Shown here piece after piece: positions 24,604 through 39,037 of a stretch of DNA of 64,000 nucleotides. The DNA comes from Eledone cirrhosa. Taxonomy: Eukaryota. Location of the stretch: assembly GCA_964016885.1 (NCBI GenBank), contig OZ024752.1:37944001-38008000 (forward strand), in the 5' to 3' direction. The notes beneath the pieces are model-generated. The model searched no databases. It had not been told where the DNA came from and worked only from the letters and a program-made list of their open reading frames with translations. The number at the start of each line of letters is the position of its first letter. Positions within the stretch are counted from its first letter, which is position 1. A program made the position numbers and the translations under genes.

Positions 24604-25938
24604 CTGTAAAATGTTATATTGTATATAAGTTAAGTTAGATTATAGTGTTTGTCCAAGGACAGTCAATCTATCGAATGACTGACTTAGACTGATCCCTGGG
24701 GCTCTTGTTCCTTTTATTATAATCACGACATGACAATCTCTCTAGCATTATTGCCACAAAAGATACATCCAGTATACCCTTTAAGGTGGTTGGTGAAAGG
24801 AAGGGCATCCAGCAGTAAAAAACTATACTGAAAATGGGTGAAAGAAGTCTTCAGTTGTATCAAGTGGACAATAGACCTGCTTGAGTAATGTTTCTTGTAT
24901 AAAAGGCAACTGCAATTATGTGATGTCCCTTAGGTGTTGTAACCAGTTCATGGTAGTGGTATTAGAATGTGTTGGGGTCTATATTCTGAGGTTGGCAGAG
25001 ATCCAGGAACTCTCAATATATGTTGAGCAGTCTGCACAGGTAAACCACACTGACAAGCTGCTGATAGACAACCCCCAGCAGTGAATGATAGCATTGAATC
25101 AGACATCACCTGTGTCTAGCGGATTCAGAGACCACCACTTCCTGTAAGGGAGGTCAGCGCCTGGAGAGAGAATTGTATGGAGGATGATATTCAATAGGGA
25201 AGATCAAGATGTTTCTCTCCAAGTCTGAAGTATGTCAAAGTCTGTGTCTCGCAGCTCTGCAGTGTCATGAGATTTAGGACAATATTACTTTAAGTGTTGT
25301 TGGCTCAGTAATTGAGAATTCTCAGCCATGTCATGGAGCAGATGATTCAGGTCTATTTAGGCCTCGGTTATCAACCTACGTGTGTGATGTTCTCTATGAA
25401 AAGGTGAATGAACAATGTTTGAGAGAACAGATAAATACTTAGTGTAAGATGGAGACATCCAGCGATAACCATCAAGGTGTTGTTTAGGGATATATCTAGC
25501 TCACATACAGGGGAGGTGTACTTCACAGAACTGAAGATCAAGATATGTACTGGTATGTAGGTTGGATGTTCTAACACCTCATGATAAACCCGCCAAGGAG
25601 TGTAGAAAGTTGTTGCTCATTGACACCTTTCCACGTAATGATTGAAGATGGTGTCTATTGGTCAGCTGTCAGTTCAATTTCACTCTGAGAAAGAAGGGTG
25701 TGTTGTTATATGGGAATGGTATCCCATTAAGGTTAATGCTGAACTGGCAATCGCCTTCCTTCAGGTGGAATGTTATATCATTCATCTGTATCATGCCCAG
25801 CTTGAATCTTCAGAGTTTGAAATATATTGCCAGTTCTGACTTGGTGTTTGAGAACCCTTCCTACCCTTGCAAGTAAGCGGAACAGATGTTAAATGGTGAT
25901 GTACAGTGAAAATGTAATTAGAAATTTCAGGAACATAC

Positions 25939-26004
25939 CAGTCGAAAATCTCTTACGGCTTTTGCAAAACCGGGTCCAGCACAATCTTTGCAATCCATGA
26001 TCCA
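25939..26004 (-). CDS. Cassette mini-exon 1: WIMDCKDCAGPGFAKAVRDFRL
   Basis: ttttacag acceptor, gtatgt donor, 66 nt, open phase 0-0, CxxC. Confidence 0.75.
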
Positions 26005-26127
26005 CTGTAAAATGTTTATTTTTTATAGGAATCAAGTTAGATTAAATTGTTAAGCCAAGGAAAGTCAATCTATCAAATGATTGACTCAGACTGATCCCTG
26101 GGGCTCTTGTTTCTTTTATAATAATCA

Positions 26128-27712
26128 CTAGCATTAAAGCTCGGCGTTGCTCGGGGTCATTAAGTTACCAAAGTTAGGTTGCACCACCCATTTTATGGCA
26201 GCACTTTTCTGGGTGAATGAATTGCAGACCTAGAAGCATGAGCTGTGCCAGCAGTGACAATTATAGTTTCGCCTATGGATATTATCTCTGTGCAAAAAAG
26301 TGCTGAAATTTATTGTTTCACAGTACTTGCGCAACACACGGGTAGACAATACCAGCCGAACAACAGAGCTGCGATGGAGTTGTTCTGCATGGTTGTCTGT
26401 GTGTTTTATAAATTTAAGACAGTAGGGAGGGTTATGATATGAGGGAGAGTTAGCTGCTGTTTCTAGCAGGTTTAGTAACCTCATAGAGGATATGTGTTTT
26501 CTAAATTTAAGACAGTAGGGAGTGGTGTGATATGGGGGAGAGTTAGCTGCTGTTTCTAGCAGGTTTAGTGACCTCATAGAAGATATGTTTTCTAAATTTA
26601 AGACAGTAGGGAGGGTTGTGGTATGGGGGAGAGTTAGCTGCTGTTTCTAGCAGGTTTAGTGACCTCATAGAGGATATTATTGTTTATCATTATCTATAAA
26701 AGGCAGATTGTTGTTGTTGTTGTGTGTGTGCACATGTTCCATGTTTATACATTTGCACAATTTCAAACCGATTCGACTCAAAGTCTGTAAGAATCCACGT
26801 TCGTTGAGAGGTTTTAAAAAAGATTTATCGCTTGTTGTTGAATAAATGTATCTGTTGCTTTTGAATAATTGTCGTTTCGTATGAAATGTAATAATTGTTT
26901 CTACTTTTTTGGCACAAGGCCAGCAATTACCCAGTACATTACTGGTACTTTATGTAATAATAAACGTTCTCTCTCTCTCCCTCTCACTCTCTTCTCTCTC
27001 TCTCTTCGGCAATCACGCACGTTGTTTAATTGCTTTAAATGTTGTTAATGAATAGTTGTGTATTCATGGTTATAAATCCCACACGTTGTTTAATTGCTTT
27101 AAATGTTGTTAATGAATAGTTGTGTATTTGTGGTTATAAATCCCACACGTTGTTTAATTGCTTTAAATTTTTTTTTATCAATTTATGTGAGTGTGTGTTT
27201 GTATGTGTTTGTAAATAAATCAGTAAGTTTGAAGCAACTAAAAGTTAGTGTGGTTATAAATCACGCACGTTGTTTAATTGCTTTAAATGTTTTTTTATCA
27301 TTTGAAGTGAGTGTGTGTTTGTATGCGTTTGGAAATAAATCAGTAATTTTGAAGTATAAAAGAGAAAGTAGCAAAATGTGTGGGTTGTAGATAGAGGTAA
27401 GCAGATGATATGAGAGAGTAAAATGGACAGTATCACCATCAAGCTTGGAAAGAGAAAGTAGCAGAAAGTATGAAGTTGTATAGATTTTGAATGGTAGTGG
27501 AAAGAGTTTAGCAGTTTAAATGAGAGAGAAAAATCGTAAAATATTGAGTTTTATCTATTTTTTGCGTAATTGTGGGTGAAATTGAAAAAATTATATGTGC
27601 CAAGACGCAATCGAAGCTATTTCGAATACTGAATTGTAAATTTCAATTGAAGAAATTCTATATCGTAGATTTCTATAACAAAGGAGCATGTCCATACACT
27701 GAGCTTTATAGA
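26128..27712 (-). mobile_element. Non-autonomous Helitron inserted in the first array spacer, with internal tandem repeats
   Basis: Minus strand begins tctataaagctc and ends ccgagcaacgccgagctttaatgCTAG|T; splits the array motif ataatca|..tgacacaac. Confidence 0.7.
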
Positions 27713-28320
27713 TTATGATGACACAACAACATTTCTGGTGCTGGTGCCACAAAAAAAATACATCCAGTATACCCTTTAAGGTGGTTGTTGATAGGAAGGG
27801 CATCTGGCAGTACAAACCACACCAAAAAGTGTTGCAAGGAGTCATCAGTTGTGTGAAGTGGTCAGTACTTCTGCAAGGGAGGCATATTCCACAGCACTGT
27901 AGACCAAGATGGGGTACTGGTATGTAGAGGGGATGCGCTCGCACCCCATGATAAACCTGCCAAGCAGCATAGAAGGTTGTTCCTTATAGACACCTTTGCA
28001 TGTAATGACTCGAGGTGGTGTCTATAGGTCAGCTGTCAATCCAATTTCACTCCAAGATATGATAGTATAGTGTTATATGGAATTGGTGTGACATTGAAGT
28101 TGACGCTAAGCTGGCAATTGGTCTCCTTAATATTCAGGTGGAATGCCATAACAGTCATCTTTGCCATGCTCAGCTTCAATCTCCAGATCTTGAAATATGT
28201 TACCAATACTTACGTGGTCTGTGACAAACTTACCTACTTATGCAAGTAAAGAGAACAGATGTTAAATGATGATGATGATATATAGTGACAATGTAATTAG
28301 AAGTCTTTTTACGAACATAC

Positions 28321-28517
28321 CATACTAAAATTTGCAACAACGTCTGAAGACATGACATGGCTCCTGAGTATACTACAATTGCTGCAATTTACCAACCGCT
28401 CGAGAATGACACGTTTTATGTGAGTCAAGTTATATTGTAGTATTCGGCCAAGCTCAGTCAATCTATCCAGTGATAGAGTCAGATCCTTCAGAGGACCTCT
28501 TAGTCCTTCTAATTCCG
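28321..28517 (-). CDS. PROM1: Prominin-like exon, template of the cassette array: (T)ELEGLRGPLKDLTLSLDRLTELGRILQYNLTHIKRVILERL|VNCSNCSILRSHVMSSDVVANFSM
   Basis: Acceptor tttttttttag, donor gtatgt; 197 nt, phase 1 to 0; internal candidate donor gtaaat at 28392-28387. Confidence 0.88.
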
Positions 28518-29279
28518 CTAAAAAAAAAATAATACAAACCATCTCAATAATAATTTAAACAAAATTTTTTTAAAGCATCCAAGGTTAATCTCCTGTCTCT
28601 GTCTAAAAAGTATAACTTCTATATATCAGCCTTAGAAACTCTGAAAAAATGTCATAATGATGTCCTTCTTTCATCTAGTACTAACTAACAAAAAATGAAT
28701 GTTAAAAAAAAGACTTGATTTGAACTTGAAAAGTTTATATCTAAAATGAATATGTCACTAGTTTAGAAATTGAAGTTTTTAATTTGAATCAAGTTTGGTA
28801 TAAGCTACATATGCAGGAATAAAACACGTGCTGATGATCCTGGATCAGACTTATTAAAACACTTATTTATGATCCTAGATCAAATCTATTAAAATATCTA
28901 TTGATGATCATGGGCCAAATCTATTAAAACACCTGTTGCTGATCTTGGATCAAACCTATTATATAAAACAGCATATATGATTTGGATCATACCTATTAAA
29001 ACACTGATTGATGATCCTGGATGAAACCTATTAAAACACCTATAGATGATCCTGGATCAAATCTATTAAGACAGCATTAATGGAAATACAAAAATGAAGT
29101 TTCATCTCTAAAGATGATGTTCACAGTCCACAAATTATAATTTTATCATTATTAAATAGAACACATCATATCGTCACTCTGTTTCAACAAGATCTAGAAA
29201 TTACTATATTAAGTTCTATAAGTTGCTATATTAAGTTATTATGTCAACAATATCTAGAAGCAATATTCAGGGTACTTAC

Positions 29280-29363
29280 TTTCTCCAAATTTATTTATTT
29301 TATCCAATACTCTAGTTACACCGATGCTCTTATCAAGTGAGTCCATAGACATATTAACAGCAT
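29280..29363 (-). CDS. PROM1: Prominin-like exon: (H)AVNMSMDSLDKSIGVTRVLDKINKFGE
   Basis: Acceptor ttttgttatttag, donor gtaagt; 84 nt, phase 1 to 1, open frame. Confidence 0.85.
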
Positions 29364-30123
29364 CTAAATAACAAAAGAAGTTAATAAAATATAACATAAT
29401 TTCATTTCAATATCAACTTGTTCTAGATTGTATTTCAATGCATCATGGTACACTACTTTAAAGTCTTAAAACATTGTATAACTTTTCATTTAACCCTTTA
29501 AAATTCACATTACTCTATAATACTATTTTATTTTCACAGAAAAGGCTTTACTGCACAATATCAAAGCTACGAGATTTTGATGATGTTATTTATTTTGAGA
29601 ACAATATCTTAACAACGGTATGAGCCGGTTATGGCTAGTTTGAACAGAAAGAGGTGAGAGAATTCTGGCCGGATACGGCCAGTTTAAATGCTAAAGGGTT
29701 AATTACTAGCAGCATTAACATAGTGTAGTTCAAAATATTCAGTGGTGATCTTGTAATTCCTTAAATTGATAACTTATTAAACTCACCAGGTAAACAAAGA
29801 ATTAAATCCAGCAGGAATGGCACCAAACAGGATATTTATAAGCACTTAATCTATTGCTTTAAAGGCATGTTTCAAAATTAGCCAAGGAAAAGTTTGTATT
29901 AAAATAGTGAGGAAATGTCAGATATTCATGCCTTATATATTTGTTTTTTATAATATAATTTGGAGACATTTTGGAAAAAATTGTGAAGTAATCAAATAAA
30001 ATATAAGCCAACAATAAATTTTATGGATTACAGTAATAAATGCTTCACTGATCATTATTGTAATAAAAAAAACCCACCAGCATTTAAAAAGTCATTATGT
30101 TAAAAATAAATAACATTTCTTAC

Positions 30124-30190
30124 GGTCGAGTTTATACGTTAGACTTTTATTTAGAGTTTTCAATTCAACTTTAACAACTGTCCGTGTTTC
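30124..30190 (-). CDS. PROM1: Prominin-like exon: ETRTVVKVELKTLNKSLTYKLD
   Basis: Acceptor ttttcatcaacag, donor gtaaga; 67 nt, phase 0 to 1, open frame. Confidence 0.85.
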
Positions 30191-30901
30191 CTGTTGATGA
30201 AAAGAAACATTAAAACTTTAGTTTCTGCAAGTCAGCTATGTTAATGATCAGACATTTTAATAAAATCATTTGAGGTTACATACTATTATTGCAGTTCATA
30301 GATTATTGGAACACAAGCACAAAGAAAGCTGCCATCTTATAAATAACATACAAATTCCTATAGATATATAATTGTTTCTACTTTTGGCACAAGCCCAGCA
30401 ATTACCCAGTGCATTACTGGTACTTTATTTTATCGACCCCATAAGGATGAAAGGCAAAGTTAACCTCGGCAGGATTTGAACACAGAATGACAAGGGCCAT
30501 AACTCTATGCGTCAAAGCATGGCGTCCGACCTTCTACCGACACTGCCAATCCACAGCCTATAGATATATAATGTTTTCTTACATTGACATGAAGTAGATG
30601 TTTAGTGAGGTGGAGATTGAGTAGGAGAACATTGTAATGTTTATGCCTTTCCTATAGATTTTAATAAAAGGTGGCAAATTGACAGAGTCATTAGAATGTT
30701 GGATAGAATGCTTTGTAGTATTTGTTTCAGCTCTTTACTCTGAGTTCAAATCCCGCCAACTTTGCCTTTCATCCATTCAGGGTCGATAAAAAGTATTATA
30801 AAAGATACTTTTATAACCATATCCACAATCAGTGCTACATCTATAACAATGTAGGGCATTGACAGGTTTCATATTTAGAAATCATCTGAAGTTATGTATA
30901 A

Positions 30902-31105
30902 CAGACATGTCAAACATGCGGCCTGCGGGCCGCACATAGCTCTTTACAGGCACACCTGCGGCCCCGCACAAAGGTTTTTACAGTGTGAGCAGGTTTTATC
31001 TTCGTAAAATTAGTTGTAATGTGCGCAATTAGTTGTCGTGCGCGGCCCTCAGACAACATATGTGACCCATGTGGCCCTCGGGGGACCCTCTGTTTGACAT
31101 GCCTG
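30902..31105. mobile_element. hAT-like MITE
   Basis: TIRs cagacatgtcaaac / gtttgacatgcctg; near 8 bp TSD atgtataa / ttgtataa. Confidence 0.7.
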
Positions 31106-31572
31106 TTGTATAAAATAGTAAAACAGAGTTGGTAATGTATATACGAGTGTGGGCTGAAAAGTTCATAGGCTGACTATGAAGGAGTGATGCTAGTGCTGTG
31201 AAATCTTGTATACTAATTGAAAATAATTGTTTTGACTTTTGACACAAGGTCCGCAATTTGAAAGGAAGAAGGACAAGTCAATTAAATTTCCCCAGTGTAT
31301 AACTGGTATTTTATTTTATCAAACCTGTAAGGATGAAAGGTAAAGCTAACTTTGGCGGGATTTGACCTGAGAAATGGACTTAATAAGGGTTTCTGATTTA
31401 GGCAGAAGGCCAACAATTTTGAGGGAAGGGAAAAATCGATTAAACTGACCCCAGTACATTACTTGTACTTTATTTTATCGACCCTGTAAGGATGGAAGGC
31501 AAAGCTAACCATGGCAGGATTCAAACTCAAAGTCGATGCTGAATATTAAAAAAGAAGAAAAAAAAGACTTAC

Positions 31573-31699
31573 TTCAATTGTGCTATCAATATATTTCCCA
31601 ACTATGTCAGCACTTTTAGCCAATTTGTCTAATATGTCTGAGTCAATAAAACGTTTTTTATAAAGTCCATTTGTTACAAAAACACAGACAACAGCATAT
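31573..31699 (-). CDS. PROM1: Prominin-like exon, end of TM2 and start of large extracellular loop: (L)YAVVCVFVTNGLYKKRFIDSDILDKLAKSADIVGKYIDSTIE
   Basis: Acceptor aatttcag, donor gtaagt; 127 nt, phase 2 to 0; FVTN motif after TM2 is typical of prominins. Confidence 0.9.
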
Positions 31700-32402
31700 C
31701 TGAAATTAGATTTAAAAAAAAAAGTTTTAATCTAATTAATATTTTCAATGGGTGGGCTGAAAAGTTCATAGGCTAGCTGTCTATGAAGGGTTGATGCTAG
31801 AACTGTTAAAATTGTGTGCGTATTAATCTCAATTCTGTTTATTAATAACTGCATTGTTTCTTTCCAGGGACTATGTTGAAAAATAAACCTCATTTGGTCA
31901 TTCCATGAGAGTATCTTGGTCAGACTAAGAACTTTTCAGCTGACCCTCATAGTAACAGCCAAACTGAAAAAAAAATAATTTCATCAAGAAAATCAGTTTA
32001 CAGTTAAATGGCAAGCAGTAGGAATTTGTAAAAGTATATTCCAACAATATGCATATTTTAGGCTTGCATGAACCAGTCTTCCTTTTCATTGTTTTTGCAG
32101 CTACTTTTCCAAAGTGGCATGGGTTGGATGAGACAATGTTTTATAGTCAGATGGCCTTTCTGATGCCAACTCTTTAGTTGCCTCTTATAATATACAGGGA
32201 TACGGTGTATATATTCTAGAAACCAGGATACAAATGTAATGGCATAAATAATCATTATCATTATCATCATCATCGTTTAATGTATATATTCCCATGCTAG
32301 CATAGGTTGGATACAAAACTGGTAGGTTTTAATAACAACGTGAAAATACACTTTGGTTTTTAAACTTTTCATCTAAAATCAATTCAAGATTTTAATATTG
32401 AT

Positions 32403-32574
32403 TACCGTATTTCCCGGCACCGAAGACGCTTCATCCTCGAGGACACACCCTAATTTTGACAACAAAAAATTTGAAAAAAAATAATAACCAACCTTCCACC
32501 TCCAGGACGCATGGTAAATTTTTGAGACTTATTTTAGGAAAAAAGTAGCGTCTTCGACCCCTGGAAATATGGTA
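32403..32574. mobile_element. pogo/Tigger-like MITE; related element ~54065-54270
   Basis: TA-flanked TIRs ccgtatttcccgg..gaagacgc / gcgtcttcg..ggaaatatgg. Confidence 0.65.
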
Positions 32575-33652
32575 GTTCTGTTAATTCAATCTAAAACTGT
32601 ATTCCAAAAAACATCGTTTTCAGAATCATTAGATGTATATAATTTGTTGATAATGCTAAATCATCATCATTATCATTTATGGACTGAGTTCAAATCCCAC
32701 CCAGGTTAACTTTGCCTTTCATCCTTACGGGGTCGATAAAATAAAGTACCAGTAATGTACTGGGTATTTGCTGGCCTTGTGCCAAAAGTAGAAACAATTA
32801 TCATTGTTTGATGTCCATTTTTCCATGCTAGCATGGATTAGAGAAGTTGTCCCATTGTGAGACTGTGTCTTGCTCATACAGAACTGTTTCTGGCTTGGTT
32901 TCTACAGCTGAATGCTCTTCCTTACACCAACTGCTTTTACAGTGTGTATTGAGTGTTTTTGTTGTGACACCAAAATGACCAATTTACAGTGTGGACTGGG
33001 TACTTTTTATCGTGACACCTACATGATTACTTTTCAGTGTGGACTGAGTGCTTTTTATCGTGACACCTACATGACCACTTTACAGTGTAGACTGGGTACC
33101 TTTTATCGTGACACCTACACAACCACTTTACAGTGTGGACTGGGTGTTATAAAGTTTTCAAGTTTTCAAGTTTTCAAAATATGCTCTCAAATTAAAATGG
33201 AAAAATTTTCCCACACCATACACCCATATTATAAAATTTCGAAATACAAGACTTCAAATAGCAAATTGCAACAAAAATAATCCCCAGTAGTAACTAATTA
33301 TATTATAATTATATTAACTGAAACAAATGACTAATTTACAAATTAATGAAAATACCACACAATATCTATAAATGAACCCTTTAGCATTTACATTACTCTA
33401 TATATACTATTGTATTTTTGCGGTAAAGGCTTTATCTTACATAATATCGAAACTATGAGATTTTGATATTATTTATTTTGAGAACAATACCTTAACATCA
33501 GTATGAGCGGCCAGTTATGGCTGGTTTGAACAGATAGGTGTGAGAAAATTCTGGCCGGATATGGCTGGTTTAAATGCTAAAGGGTTAAACAAGAATCTAT
33601 AAATTAAAACAAATGAAAAAAATGAAATTATTGTGAAAGTAAATATACTAAC

Positions 33653-33858
33653 AATATGATTGTGGTGAAAATAACAATAAACGTAGCGTAGCATCTTCTT
33701 TTATATCGAGCATTTTTGGGATCATGTTTCCTTCTTCGTCCTCCACATTTATTTAGGTTTCGACAACAGCACAGGCAAAAGCCAATAAGAGGTATTACTA
33801 CAACAAAGACAATCCCAATGGCAACACAGATAGCAAAGCCAATGAGATACCTCAGTGC
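33653..33858 (-). CDS. PROM1: Prominin-like exon with TM1, Cys-rich loop and start of TM2: [68 protein letters not shown]
   Basis: Prominin-type PLIGxxxCCCRxxxKCGG signature; acceptor cattgcag, donor gttagt; phase 0 to 2. Confidence 0.93.
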
Positions 33859-33949
33859 CTGCAATGATAAAATACATATAAAAGGGTTAAATATTCTTCA
33901 GTTTCTTTCTCATCATTTCAGCTTTACTTCAATTACTTTTCTGGAATTT

Positions 33950-36403
<2,454 letters not shown>

Positions 36404-36644
36404 TTGACAGTCAAGTTTGCAATTTTCAACTGACAGTTGAAAATTGCAAACTTGACTGTCACCACACATTATGAACCTGAAGATTGCGAAAGCATGAAAG
36501 TAATTGTTCAATTAACACTTAACATTTAACATTTAATATTCTATCATACTATTTCATTATAATACCATTATAAATTTTAAAGGATTGTAAATAAAACGAG
36601 TAAATCAGACAAAGTTGGAATTCCTCTTATTAATATATATATAT

Positions 36645-36990
36645 GGAGGCACATGGCTTAGTGGTTAGAGCATTGGCCTTGCAATTGAAAGGTTGTGAGT
36701 TCAATCCTCGGACCAGGTGATGTGTTGTTTCCTTGAGCAAGACACTTTATTTCACATTGCTCCAGTTTACTCAGCTGTAGAAATGAGATGATAGGGACAG
36801 GGGTCCATATCATTCCACTGCAAAGTGGTCGTGGAGGTGCCACGGCAAAAAAGCACCCAGCACTCACTGTAAATGAGGTTGGTGTTAGGAAGGGCATCCA
36901 GCTGTAGAAATCAAGCCAGAATCAGTTCCCGTCCCACCCTTGCAAGCAGGGAAAAAGCGGATGTAAAATGAAATGAAATGAAATGAAATA
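36645..36990 (+). mobile_element. tRNA-head SINE with RTE-like 3' tail; copies ~22034-22338, 39215-39558, 44060-44440, 47794-48128, 50868-51198, 63320-63709
   Basis: Box A/B-like tggcttagtggttag..gagttcaatc; 3' end cccgtcccacccttgcaagcaggg..(tga)n shared with RTE fragments. Confidence 0.85.
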
Positions 36991-38850
36991 TATATATCAT
37001 CATCGTTTAACGTCTATCTTCGACGCTAGCATGGGTTAGACGGGAGTTGTCCCAATTTGAGGCAAGGTTGGTTGGGTGACCGTGTCTCGCTCGTATAGGA
37101 CTATCTGGCAGGTTTTCTATGGCTGGATGCCCTTCCTAACAGTGTGGACTGGGACCTTTTTACCGTGTTACCTACACGACCACATTATAGCGTGGACTGT
37201 GTGTTTTTTTTTTGTCGTGACACCTACATGACCTCATTATTTTGGACGGGATGTTGTAGTACCAACATAACTTTACAGAGAACGGGTGGTGTTGGTGGGA
37301 GTTGGAGAATAGAGTAGGGGTTGTTGGTTGAGGTGTATATTTGGTTAAGAGGTGCCTACTGACTGTAGGTTTCGCTTTGTACATAGGCAAGGCGCGTCTT
37401 CTGTATTACTGCGTGGTACCAAAGATCTCGGTCCAATGACATTGCCTTAGAGAGATGTAAGTGTGTAAGGTCAGAATTTAGCAAATCGTCCCAGGTTTTT
37501 CTGGGTCTACCGACTCCATAACTTCCATCAGTCTTGATATATATATATACCCTTGCAAGCAGGGAAAAGCGGATGTAAAATTGATGAAAAATATGATATC
37601 ATCGTCGTCGTTTTATGCCCACTTTTCCATATACATATATAAGCCTGAAAGATATTTTCCATTTTTTTTTTCGAGGTTTTCTACTTTGTGTGTGCGAAAC
37701 TGGCAGGCAGGTGAAGCAATTGCTGAAATTTCGAAGTCACTGCCAACTATCTTCACTTCTGTTGTAGCAATTCAAATGTTCGAATAATAACGATTTCTGA
37801 TTTAGGTACAAGGACAACAATTTTAGTGGAGGGGAAAGTCGATTAACCCTTTAGCATTTACATTACTCTATATATATTACTTTATTTTTGTGGTTAAGTC
37901 TTTATCTCACACAATTATCTCACATGATATCGAATCTATGAGATTTTGATATTATTTACTTTGTGTACAATACCTTAATGTCAGTATGAGTGACTGGCTA
38001 TGGTGAGAGAATTCTGGCTGGATACGGTCGGTTTAAATGCTAAGGGTTAAATCAACTCCAATGAATTACTGGTACTTTATTCTATCAACCCTGTAAGGAT
38101 GAAAGGCAAAGCTAACCTTGGCAGTATTGGAATCCAAAACATAAAATAATTGTAATAATTGTTTCTACTTTTGGCACAAGGCCAGCAATTACCCAGTACA
38201 TTACTGGTACTTTATTTTATCGACCCCGTAAGGATGAAAGGCAAAGTTGGCCTTGGCGGGATTTGAACTTAATTCTATGCATCAAAGCATGACGTCCAAC
38301 CCTCTACCGATACTGCCAATCTACCACAATAATAATGGTTCGGACACCATGCTTTGTAGCATAGAGTTACCTCCCTTTATGATCTGAGTTCAAATCCTGC
38401 CGAGGTTAACTTTACCTTTCATCCTTACGGGGTCGATAAAATAAAGTACCAGTAATGCACTGGGTAATTTATGGCCTTGTGCCTAAAGTAGAAACAATTA
38501 TTTAGGCACAAAGTCAGTAATTTTAGGGGAGGGTGGTGTGGGTGAGTCGATTAAATCAACCCTAGTGTATTACTGGTACTTTATTTGATCAACCTCGTAA
38601 AGATGAAAGGCAAAGCTAACCTCAGCGGGATTTGAACCCAGAACATAAAGGGTCATAACTCTATGATGCACAGCACCAATAATAACAATAATTATTCTGA
38701 TATAAAAGTATTAAGTAGTAAGAGAGGGAGTGGGGGTTGAGAGAGAGAAGGGGTATGAGTTTTGAAAGAGAGAGAGAGAGAGAAAGGGGGTAAGTATTTT
38801 GAGAGAGAGAAAGGGGGTAAGTATTTTGAGAGAGAGAGAGGGATAAGTGT

Positions 38851-38911
<61 letters not shown>

Positions 38912-38975
38912 TAAGTGTGTTGAGAGAGAAAGAGAAATGAAACATGTTTCCATCCAGTATAGAAGACAAACTTAC

Positions 38976-39037
38976 ACGTCTCCAGTTTTCTGATTCATTC
39001 CTTCTATATTTCTCGTCAAGCGCCAGTTTTCGGATAT
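38976..39037 (-). CDS. PROM1: Prominin-like gene, coding exon (end of N-terminal extracellular domain): xIRKLALDEKYRRNESENWRR
   Basis: Acceptor ttttggtag, donor gtaagt; 62 nt, phase 1 to 0, joins in frame to the TM1 exon. Confidence 0.75.

Larger units (their letters stand above)
7560..28320. repeat. Tandem segmental array of ~0.6-1.5 kb units (cassette exon + decayed exon 5' part + SINE pieces + Vingi/Ingi-like LINE fragment)
   Basis: Recurring blocks gaacatac..ctgtaaaatgttatatt..gtcaagttagatt..gatccctggggctcttgttcc..ggaagggcatccag; minus-strand peptides such as YFKIWRLKLS..FHLKEAN..FLGVKLD and EYTSPVW..LDISLNNTLMVITGCL. Confidence 0.92.

Noticed and set aside
7600-26004. Array as CRISPR-like repeat/spacer system or DNA-level recombination cassettes
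   Set aside because: Variable segments are bounded by spliceosomal AG/GT sites and are homologous to a host exon; no recombination signals or cas genes seen
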